From: Fimicolochytrium jonesii | Taxonomy: Eukaryota | Assembly: GCF_025526975.1 (NCBI RefSeq) | Contig: NW_026515698.1 | Location: 310,001-346,810 of the forward strand | Direction of reading: 5' to 3' | DNA: 36,810 nucleotides | Shown: in pieces, positions 24,546 to 34,409 of the stretch | Numbering within the stretch: the stretch's first letter is position 1 | Layout of the letters: every line of letters begins with the position of its first letter | Translations under genes and position numbers: made by a program | Notes under the pieces: generated by a model | What the model was told of the DNA's origin: nothing | The model's input: only the letters and a program-made list of their open reading frames with translations | Database searches by the model: none

Positions 24546-25322
24546 CTCGATGATACATTACCTAAGGCGCCAAGCCTCATTGAAGCCACGCAAGCCCCAC
24601 TGGCAGCCCATATATAAAGCTGTCAGTCGAGCGGCCGCTGCGAAGAGCTAAACTGGCAACAATATGTGAGTCGGTGAGCTTCTACATAAACGTACGCAGC
24701 AAGGGTTAAACGAGCGCCCACAACATATCACAACGTCTACACCTTACAGCTAGCTCCGCATACAAGCAGTAGGCAGCGGGGACCCTTAAACTGCGTTGAA
24801 CAAGCCTTAGGGGAACCACTTCATTTATAAGTCTCAGATGGCGATTGTCGGGGATCTCTCATATTCATACTTGTATTTCAAGGTAGTTGCTAGCAACGCT
24901 ACCGGTGTTCGCTATACACGCTCCTTTAAGCACACATACTCTAATTGTTAAGTGGATGGAAATTATAACTTGGAGCCCAGTTAGGGTTAGGATTAGGGTT
25001 AGAGACACCCATCCGGCCCGAAGGGCGTCCGAGCAGAGTGACCCAAAAAGTCACCTTTATGTCGCTTATTATAGCAATTTGCTATTTATATTATATCTAC
25101 GTCTACACGGTCCGGTATTTGAGCTGGCCGTCCATGTACCGTCAGAGGAAACGTAGATGATATTGGGCCCTTCTGAGAGGGCTGTGAGCAGTGTATTGTA
25201 GTGAAGAAAAAAGTAAGAAGCTCTTCGCAGCGGCCGCTCAACTGACAGCTTTATATATGGGCTGCCAGTGGGGCTTGCGTGGCTCCAGTGAGGCTTGGCG
25301 CTTTATGTAATGTATCACCGAG
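24546..25322. mobile_element. Non-coding fold-back/MITE-like element with about 104-bp inverted arms and internal telomere-like repeats
   Basis: 24546-24649 and 25219-25322 are near-identical inverted copies (about 6 mismatches by eye). TTAGGGTTAGGATTAGGGTTAG lies at 24981-25002. Confidence 0.75.
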
Positions 25323-25873
25323 TGTTATGGACGACGTGCCCATACCATAAGCTTACCTACTGACAGCCGCCAATGTCAACCGCCAAATGTCAAACGCCAA
25401 TGTCAATGTCAATGTCAGTGTCAATGTCAATGTCAATGTCAGTGTCAATGTCAATGTCAATGCCACTCCCCCTCTCTCCTCTCATTTCGCCAATCCTCTT
25501 GCAATATCGCCACTCCTCCTCTCTCCTCTCATTTCGCCAATCCCCCCTTGGCTTCTCCACACCCCCCACTACTTTCCCATAGCCAGCAGCTGTAGCAATG
25601 CTCTCTACGCTCGCCACGCACGCTCTAGGAGCATAGCTGGCGCCCCCCCAGTCCCCTCTTGTTGTTGTTGTTCTCTGATCTGCTGGGTTGTCTATCTATA
25701 AATAGCAGGCCTCTCTTCGTCCATTCCCTTCCTCCCCAGCAGATCAACACCAGTTCTTCTCATCTCCTGTTCTAGTCCTTGTTTCTTGTTTCGCCAATAC
25801 AATCTCTTGTCGCCTATCACTCTCGCCCTGTCTTCTCTACTTTGCTTCCGCCTCCGTCGTCGAGATCATAACA
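25323..25873 (+). repeat. 5' LTR (551 bp)
   Basis: Begins TGTTATG and ends CATAACA (terminal inverted repeat). Contains a (TGTCAA)n tract and TATAAATA at 25697. Confidence 0.95.
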
Positions 25874-25875
25874 GT

Positions 25876-25885
25876 TTGATCTGCT
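25876..25885 (+). promoter_or_regulatory. Putative self-priming primer-binding site (Tf1-type)
   Basis: TTGATCTGCT just after the 5' LTR is the exact reverse complement of AGCAGATCAA (25738-25747) downstream of the LTR TATA box. No TGG-starting tRNA PBS is present. Confidence 0.7.
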
Positions 25886-25942
25886 CCAACACTGCGAAGT
25901 TCAGAACCCGTCCAGCCCTGCATCCGACAAACCTTTTTCGCC

Positions 25943-26939
25943 ATGTCCCAACCCGAATCCGTACCTTTCACCGCCAAGCAATGGAACGATATGTGCCAAG
26001 CCATCGCCGCCTTGCAAAGCCAAAACGCCAAATGCAGGCCAACCTAGCGCAAGCCCAAGCCGACGCACAAGCTGCCCAGAGCATCGCCGCCCAGGTTCAA
26101 GCCGATACGTACACCCGTCCCCAAGCCACCAACCCTGCTCTGGAGCCAAGAATCAGCTCGCCCGAGAAGTTTGATGGTACCCGCAGCAAATTCCGTGGGT
26201 GGTTGAACAACATCCGGTTGATGTTTGCTCTCCAGCCCGACCGCTACCCCAGCGACATCATCAAGATCCAAACTATTGGCACCTACCTCACCGGCACTGC
26301 ACAAGCCTGGATGGCGCCCCTAGTCGAACGCCAAGATCACAGCCTTCAGGACTTCGATAGTTTTATCAGTCAGATGCAATCGGTCTTCGGAGACAGCGAC
26401 AGGGTCCGCACCTCTGAAAACAAGCTCCAGAACCTTCGCCAAACCCGTGCAGCAACCGAGTACGTCGCTGAGTTCCGCCAGCTACAATGCGATGTCTCCT
26501 GGAACGACCAGGCCCTGATCGCTACCTTCCGCCGTGGCCTCAAAGAAGACGTCAAAGACCTGATGCTCACAATGCCCCCTGCGGCCACCATTGATGTGGT
26601 GATGGAGCAGGCTATCCAGTGCGATAACCGGCTGTTTGAGCGCCGCCTGGAGCGAAACAGAAGCCGCCAGACCTTCCCGGTTCCCCAACCTCGTTTACCA
26701 CTACCACCACCGTCGACCACAGCGAGCCCATGCAGATTAACGCCGCCCGTCCCCGCGGCCCTCTGAGCCCTCAGGAACTCCAACGCCGCAGTTCCAACAA
26801 CCTCTGCCTTTACTGCGGTGGCGCGGGGCACATTGCAAAAGTCTGCCCCGTCAAGAACAAGACCACCACCTGTGCCGCCAACGTCAACATCAAAGAACCC
26901 TCCACCGAACAGGGTTTTCCCAAAGTCCAGCCGCAGTAA
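25943..26939 (+). pseudogene. gag: Retrotransposon Gag (two apparent frameshifts)
   Basis: PEKFDGTRSKFRGWL, YLTGTAQAW, LQNLRQ..ATEYVAEF, FRRGLKEDVKD and zinc knuckle CLYCGGAGHIAKVC. Frame breaks near 26030 and near 26700-26730. Confidence 0.88.
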
Positions 26940-29900
26940 AGCCCCAGCGACTGGACAACACACACCGCCCCGGGCCTCCTAACCTCACAGCTCCTGCAAC
27001 GGGAGAGGCCACCCCCCTGGTTCCCGACTCCGTTATAGCCGACACAACCCTCCTAGCCGCTGCCCATGTCGAAAACTCCGGAATTAACCCCCACGCCATG
27101 CTTGCGCTGGGTCCCCTCGAACCCTTCAACTACCCCGTTACCATCATGGTATCATCCAGCCGCGCCCCAATACCTACCTCAGCCATGATCGACAATGGTG
27201 CCCTGTCCTGCTTCATCGACAGAGACTTTGCCCGCAAACACCGCATCCCCCTAGTCCAACATCAGCGTCCCCTGACAATCGAACTCGTTGACGGTCAACC
27301 CAGTTCTGCTGGGCCAATCACCCATCACACCCAACCAGTAGGCATGTGGGTTGACGACCACTTCGAAGAACTTGTCTTCCATGTCACCAAATCACCCCAT
27401 GCTCCAATCCCCCTTGGTCTCCCCTGGCTCCGCCTCCACGACATTAACCTTGACTTCAAGAACCTTTCGGTCGGTTTCCGTTGCGACTGTCTGTACCATG
27501 AATTCGCGAATTGGGACAACTCTCCAGCACCCCCGAGCCCAGCACCCGCCAGAACCCCCGAGCCCTTGATCCGCATCCCCAGGATGAAGTCCCCGTCGAC
27601 GAAACATGGTCGATTCCAGTACCCAAGGTATCTCGCTTCAAGCACCCCAGGACCGGCTCCCACGCCGCTCCGAGTCTCGTTCATCTCCGCCCCAGCCTTC
27701 CGGGTCGCAGCAAGGCATGACCAGGTCTTTGTCGCCTACGCCAACCCTGCGAAACCCGATCTCCCAGCCTCGCCTAGCCCCAGTAAACCCCCGACACCCG
27801 AGAAAGACATCAAAGACTTCCTGCCCCCGAGTATCGAGACTTCGCCGACGTTTTCGAAAAGAGAAATGCTGACACTCTCCCCGAGCACCGGCCCTACGAC
27901 TGTCCAATCGATCTGGAAGAAGGCAAGCAGCCACCTTTCGGCCCGATCTACAGCCTCAGCGAACCAGAAATGAAGGCACTCTGCGAATACCTCGAAGAAA
28001 ACCTCGCCAAAGGATTCATCAAACCCTCAAAGTCCCCTGCCGGTGCACCAGTCTTATTCGTGAAAAAAAAGGACGGTTCTCTCCGCCTCTGCGTCGATTA
28101 TCGAGGCCTGAACAGCATCACGGTGAAGAATCGCTACCCCCTGCCCCTGATCAACGGTATCATGGATTGTTTGCGCGGCGCCCGCCGTCTCACCAAGATC
28201 GACCTCCGCGGCGCTTATAACCTCTTACGCATGCGCCCGGGCGATGAATGGAAGACCGCCTTCCGCTGCCGCTACGGCCTATTTGAATACAATGTCATGC
28301 CCTTTGGACTCAGCAATGCTCCTGGCGTCTTCCAGTACCTGATGAACGACATCTTCCGCGACATTCTCGATGTGTTTGTTGTCGTCTACCTCGACGATAT
28401 CCTGATATTCTCCAAGAACCCCGAAGATCACCCCAAACATGTCCGCGAAGTCTTGTCCCGCCTCCGACAGCATGGGTTGTACGCCAAACCAGAGAAGTGC
28501 GAATTCAACCGCGAATCCGTTGAGGTTCCTAGGCTTCATCATCTCCAAGAAAGGCATCCAGATGGACCCCAAGAAGATCGCTGCCATCACGGATTGGGAA
28601 CCTCCCAAGAATGTCAAAGGCGTCCAGCGGTTCCTCGGCTTTGCCAACTTCTATCGCCGATTCATCCAAGGTTATTCCAAGATCGCTACCCCGCTCACAG
28701 CCCTGACCCGGAAAGACATCCCGTACGCCTGGACACCCGCCGCAAACACCGCCTTCGAGAACCTGAAGAAAGCATTCACCACCGCCCCCATCCTTGCTCA
28801 CCCTGACCCAGAGAAGCCCTTCGTCGTCGAAACTGACGCCTCCGACTTCGCTCTTGGCGCAGTTCTCCTCCAACCTGACCAGGACAATCAGCTCCACCCC
28901 GTGGCCTTCCACTCTCGCAAATTCACGGCCGAAGAGATCAACTACGAGATATACGACAAGGAACTTCTGGCCATCCAAGACTCCTTTGCCCAGTGGCGCC
29001 ACCATCTCATTGGCGCCCGTCACAAGATCACCGTTTACTCCGACCACAAAAACCTTCAGTACTTCATGACCACCCGCACCCTGAACCGCCGCCAAGCCCG
29101 CTGGTCGATATTCTTCTCGGATTTTGACTTTGTCATTACCTATCGCCCCGGTCCCCAGCAGCACCAAGCCGATGCCCTCTCCCGACGCTCCGAACATGAG
29201 CTAAAAGAGGGGGAAGAAGCGTTCCGCTCCCAGGCAACCACAATTTTGACTCCCGAACGCCTTCGACTCGCGGCTGCCTACCTCACACCCATGGATACCA
29301 CGCTGCTTGACAAGATTAAGGCCGCCCAGGCCTCTGATCCCCTCGCTAAGACCATTCGCGAAAATCTCAAGATACCCCTCGCCCAAGTAACTGAGGAAAC
29401 CCAAGATCGTATCAAGCGGTTCTCAGATGAAGATGGGATCCTGCTGCACGATAACCTGGTCTATGTCCCCACCAACGAGCTCCGAGCTGAAGTCTGCCAC
29501 GACATGCACGATACTCCCCTAGCCGGCCACTTTGGGATGTCTAAGACGCTCGAACTCGCCTCCCGCAACTACTGGTGGCCCAGCCAGTGGCGCTTCGTCA
29601 AGGCCTACGTCAAGTCCTGCGATACCTGTAGCCAAGCGAAATCCAGTCGACACAAACCATACGGCCTACTCCAGCCCAACAGTATCCCTACCCGCCCTTG
29701 GGGATCTTGGTCCCTGGACTTTATCACCGGTCTGCCTCCCGTGGACGGGTACGACTCCATCCTGAACGTCAACTGTCGCCTCACCAAGATGGCCCACTTC
29801 ATCGCCTGCAGCGAGTCAGAATCCGCCAAATCCACCGCCGACCTAGTCTTCTACAACATCATCCGTCTCCACGGCCTCCCGACGACGTCATCTCTGACCA

Positions 29901-30835
29901 AGGACCCCAGTTTAAGTCCCGGTTCTGGCGTCGACTTCTTGAACTCCTTGGGGCAAAAGCCAACCTCTCCTCGGCCTTCCTCCCCCGGAGCGATGGCCAG
30001 ACAGAACGCACCAACCAGATCCTGGAGCAGTATCTCCGATGCTTTTGCAACCACCAACAGGACAACTGGAAACAGCTTCTGTCGTCCGCCGAGTTCGCCT
30101 ACAACAACACCCATCAGTCCGCCTCCCAGACCACCCCCTTCTACGCCAACAAGGGTCTCCACCCCCGCTTCAGTTTTGCGGCCTCTGCTACCTCCGAATC
30201 CGTCAACCCCGCCGCTGAAGCCCGCGCTAAACAAATCAGGGAAGTCCATGAACAGCTCGCCCTCGAGCTCAAGGAAGCCCAAGATCAAATGAAGCGCTAC
30301 GCCGACGCCAAACGAATTCCTGGACCGGACTTCAAGCCTGGCGACCACGTCTGGCTCCTCCGCAAAAACCTCCATACAACCCGGCCCTCTCAGAAACTCG
30401 ACCATCGCAAGATTGGGCCATTCCCCATCGTTGAAAAAATCAATCCCGTCGCCTACCGGCTCAAGCTCCCGCCTACGTACAAAATCCACGATGTCTTCCA
30501 TGTCTCGCTCCTCGAACCCCGCTTCACCATCCCCGAACGACACGAACCCGAACCCGCGCCCCCAGAGACCGTTGAGGGTCAAGAAGAGTGGGTTGTCGAA
30601 GCCATCCTTGACTCTCGCATCCATTGTCGTCGCCTTCAGTACTTGGTCAAATGGCAGGGCTGGACTGACTCCGAGAACACCTGGGAGCCCGTGGAACACC
30701 TCACCCATACCGACGCACTCCTCCAGGACTTCCACAGCGCTGTACCCCAACAAGCCTTCCTCTGTCCCCGTAGCACCTCCTCTGCGGCCACACCAAACTT
30801 GACGCCGCCGCCGCCGCCGCTAAAGAGAGGGGTGA
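26940..30835 (+). pseudogene. pol: Retrotransposon Pol: protease, RT, RNase H, integrase, chromodomain (frameshifted)
   Basis: AMIDNGA (protease site, D-S-G changed to D-N-G), [42 protein letters not shown]...CDTC, SLDFITGLP, SDQGPQF, DGQTERTNQ, and chromodomain VEAILDSR...YLVKWQGW..SENTWEP. Single-base breaks near 27828, 28525 and 29880. Confidence 0.93.
30822..30835 (+). other. Polypurine tract
   Basis: AAAGAGAGGGGTGA directly precedes the 3' LTR TGTTATG. Confidence 0.85.
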
Positions 30836-31399
30836 TGTTATGGACGACGCGCCCATACCATAAGCTTACCTACTGACAGCTGCCAATGTCAACCGCCAAA
30901 TGTCAAACGCCAATGTCAATGTCAATGTCAGTGTCAATGTCAGTGTCAATGTCAATGTCAATGTCAGTGTCAATGTCAATGTCAATGCCACTCCCCCTCT
31001 CTCCTCTCATTTCGCCAATCCTCTTGCAATATCGCCACTCCTCCTCTCTCCTCTCATTTCAGCCAATCCCCCCTCGGCTTCTCCACACCCCCCACTACTT
31101 CCCCATAGCCAGCAGCTGTAGCAATGCTCTCTACGCTCGCCACGCACGCTCTAGGAGCATAGCTGACGCCCCCCCAGTCCCCTCTTGTTGTTGTTGTTCT
31201 CTGATCTGCTGGGTTGCCTATCTATAAATAGCCGGCCTCTCTTCGTCCGTTCCCTTCCTCCCCAGCAGATCAACACCAGTTCTTCTCATCTCCTGTTCTA
31301 GTCCTTGTTTCTTGTTTCGCCAATACAATCTCTTGTCGCCTATCACTCTCGCCCTGTCTTCTCTACTTCGCTTCCGCCTCCATCGTCGAGATCATAACA
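30836..31399 (+). repeat. 3' LTR (564 bp)
   Basis: Near-identical to the 5' LTR, with 12 extra bp in the hexamer tract, a 1-bp insertion and about 9 substitutions by eye. Confidence 0.95.
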
Positions 31400-31567
31400 G
31401 CGCTGGTGTGGGCAATCTGACCTTGACGCATTCACCGTGTTAAATCAGGTTGGTCCGCTAGAGCGGTCTGCATCAGACACCTTTCTCTAGCAGGCACGCA
31501 GAAGCACGCACACCTTACACACCACACAGCGGCACATAACATGCAGATCGATGCGCCGATATGCTCG

Positions 31568-31615
31568 TACAACCCCTACCTGTACAACCCCTACCTGTAC
31601 AACCCCAACATGTAC
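31568..31615. repeat. Three tandem 15-bp repeats
   Basis: TACAACCCCTACCTG twice, followed by TACAACCCCAACATG. Confidence 0.85.
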
Positions 31616-31729
31616 TGCTCCCCCCAATAAACCCCGCGCTCCAATAAAATCCTCCTTCTCCGTTTCCTCCATCTTCGTGTCGATACAAATCAGAATGGGT
31701 CAGCGCAATCGTTCTAAAGTCTGCAATCG

Positions 31730-33014
31730 CTATAAAGACTCAGCAAGCCCAAGGACGCGCCCGGCAGCAACGACACCCTCCTCCCGCAACAACCGTTCGA
31801 CTTGTTTTGCCAGCTTCTCGTTGATTTGAACGGAGGTCCCGAGGCGATTGGAGTCGTTGCCTCTGACGGACAACGTGGTTGCGTGTACATCCTCAGGCCC
31901 TCGCCAAACAATCTCGACTACGCCGTCGCACGCATCAAAATCCACATACACACGATAGTCCGCATTTACAAAGACTCCACCATGACAGGCGAATCCATCC
32001 GCCTTGCTCTTCAGCTTGCCCGTTGTGTTCGAGACTGGGAACCAGATTCCGTATGTGAGTTTCGATGTGTTGTTATCGCGGTGGAATTTATTGGCAAAGT
32101 CATCCCATGTGGCGGTGATATTGCTGGCGAAGGAGTCATCCGCGACGAGGTCCCCGAATTCCGCTTGTGAAATAGTAGGCACACGCAGTTCCTTTGCCCG
32201 CTTTTTGATGCGAGAAAAGAGGTAAGGGGAAAGCTTATTGAGGAAGTAGATGTAATGCGCCTCAATCTTTGGTAACTCAGCTTGCAAGGCGGCCCACTTC
32301 TCCCTGCTAACGGAATCCTTTTTTCGTGGTTGATAGATGCCCATGCTTTTTCCACTATCTGTACCCACACGCCAGCCAACACCGATCATGGTACCAGACG
32401 TCTGTGTACCATTTATCGTCACAGGGTAAGCTAACTGACGCTGGTGGTCGAGGTGGAGCGCAATCTCCTCAAAACGGGTCCTGTCATCCGCTGACATATC
32501 CGCAAACGGATGAAACCTTGCCGCAAATACAATCTCATCCGTTTGCCTGTCGGCTACAACAAGGATGTCCTTGTAGAGACGGGTGTACGGGTGATCGTGA
32601 TCAACTTCCCTGGTATATTGCTTGAGGAAGTCTTCGTGCGTAAGGTGCTTTCCAAACGGATGCGGGCTGGTTTGCTGCTCAGTCTTTCTTGTTGCCCAGA
32701 ATATGTACGCACTGTCGCCGGAACCTGTGGCACAAGGCCATACAACAGTTGGTCAGTCGCGTTGGTTGAGACGGTCAGTCGCGTTGGTTGAGACGTGTCT
32801 GACAGCATACGTAATGAAACGAACCTTGGTCAACACTTCTATGCTCAGCTCCAGCCTCGGTATCACCCGCCGTCTTCAGTATCCTCCGCATGTTTTCATT
32901 CTTTTCTTGTTTGCGCTGTCGGTTTGCCGCCTTTCCCCTTGCCCAATCGGCTCCGGAACGTCGTCGCGGCTTTGACTTCGACCCTGGCTTTGACGTTGAT
33001 GCTGATTCTGTCAT
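31730..33014 (-). CDS. TET/JBP-like 2-oxoglutarate-Fe(II) dioxygenase (fungal Tet-like family), intact, about 394 aa
   Basis: Exons 33014-32825 and 32724-31730 (intron GTTCGT...CTGAC...CAG) give one open frame. Motifs: GTMIGVGWR, FASNITATWDDFANKFHRD (HxD), GGVFV..Y.V.VDF...DGVVEIVWRG..DVHAT (distal His), RLGTSVQI (2OG-binding Arg). Confidence 0.82.
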
Positions 33015-33116
33015 GCTGATTTGCCTGGTGAATGGAGTATGTAAATTAGTTGGGGCGGAGTACGTAGGTTGTCCCAGGAGCATTGGAGTGGGTTTGTGAC
33101 GTAGAATGGCAAACAA

Positions 33117-33222
33117 ATCGCGAGGCTGCCCCTATTCCGGGCTGTCTCGGGCGATCGCGAGTCGAGAAGGTTGCTAAGCGTATCGCGAGGCTGCCCCTAT
33201 TCCGGGCTGTCTCGGGCGATCG
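33117..33222. repeat. 41-bp direct repeat pair upstream of the TET-like gene
   Basis: ATCGCGAGGCTGCCCCTATTCCGGGCTGTCTCGGGCGATCG occurs at 33117 and 33182. Confidence 0.9.
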
Positions 33223-33246
33223 GTTTTGGTAATGTTACGCTCGTGC

Positions 33247-33875
33247 TTATTACAGCCTTCACGCTCGGCCTTACGCCCACGCTCGGCCTTATTACAGCCT
33301 TCACGCTTGGCCTTATGACAGCCTTCACGCTCGGCCTTATAACAGCCTTCACGCTCGGCCTTATCACAGCCTTCACGCTCGGCCTTATTACAGCCTTCAC
33401 GCTCGGCCTTATGACAGCCTTCACGCTCGGCCTTATTACAGCCTTCACGCTCGGCCTTATTACAGCCTTCACGCTCGGCCTTATTACAGCCTTCACGCTC
33501 GGCCTTATCACAGCCTTCACGCTCGGCCTTATTACAGCCTTCACGCTCGGCCTTATTACAACCTTCACGCTTGGCCTTATGACAGCCTTCACGCTCGGCC
33601 TTATAACAGCCTTCACGCTCGGCCTTATCACAGCCTTCACGCTCGGCCTTATTACAGCCTTCACGCTCGGCCTTATTACAGCCTTCACGCTCGGCCTTAT
33701 TACAGCCTTCACGCTCGGCCTTATTACAGCCTTCACGCTCGGCCTTATTACAGCCTTCACGCTCGCCCTTATTACAGCCTTCACGCTCGGCCTTATTACA
33801 GCCTTCACGCTCGGCCTTATTACGGCCTTCACGCTCGGCCTTATGCCCACGCTCGGCCTTACGGCCTTCACGCTC
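33247..33875. repeat. 24-bp minisatellite array (about 25 units)
   Basis: Unit TTATTACAGCCTTCACGCTCGGCC. There are 23 contiguous full units bounded on each side by an 18-bp variant, plus flanking copies. Confidence 0.97.
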
Positions 33876-34409
33876 TCAGCGCCGTGGTTTGCCATTTGGT
33901 ACGGCTGGTACGTAGGGGGTAGGCACTACTACCCCAGAATTCAATTTCCCACATCCAAAAAACGAATCATGGCTCGAGTCCTGCAACATAGGGCACTCAA
34001 CTCTCCTCTTCCGCTTATGCAGATACCGATAGACATCCATGTGCATATTCATGTTCGAGCTGGAGATGAGATATGGTGGTGATCAATGATGACTGATGAG
34101 GCTTTGCGAAAAAACCGGAGATCAAACGGGAACAGGATGGTTGACGGAAACAGGATGGTTGCACGGTAACGGGATGGTTGGACGGAAACGGGAGACGCAA
34201 GGATGGGATGCGGAACTGCCACCTTGTTGCTACAGGCGTCCCTCTGTCTGATATGAAGGTGAGACTGTCGCACACGGGAGGAGAGCGATGGTGGAGGAGA
34301 GGAGGGGTAGCTGGCAGGTTGTGCCGGGACTCCAGGACTCCCGCACTTGCAGAACATTCCCACTTGCACATCTTCATGCACATCCTCACGCTGGTCTCTT
34401 GTTTTACAG

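Larger units (their letters stand above)
25323..31399 (+). mobile_element. Ty3/Gypsy chromovirus LTR retrotransposon, full length but frameshifted
   Basis: TG...CA LTRs at both ends, gag with CCHC knuckle, domain order PR-RT-RNaseH-IN-chromodomain, and a polypurine tract before the 3' LTR. Confidence 0.97.

Noticed and set aside
24981..25002. True telomere or chromosome-fusion scar
   Set aside because: Fewer than four imperfect units in a single orientation, internal to a fold-back element.
33247..33875. CRISPR-like array
   Set aside because: Units are contiguous with no unique spacers, there are no cas genes, and the context is eukaryotic. It is a minisatellite.
33171..34082. 303-aa and 232-aa repeat ORFs as real genes
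   Set aside because: Their openness follows automatically from a stop-free 24-bp unit, and there is no independent coding evidence.
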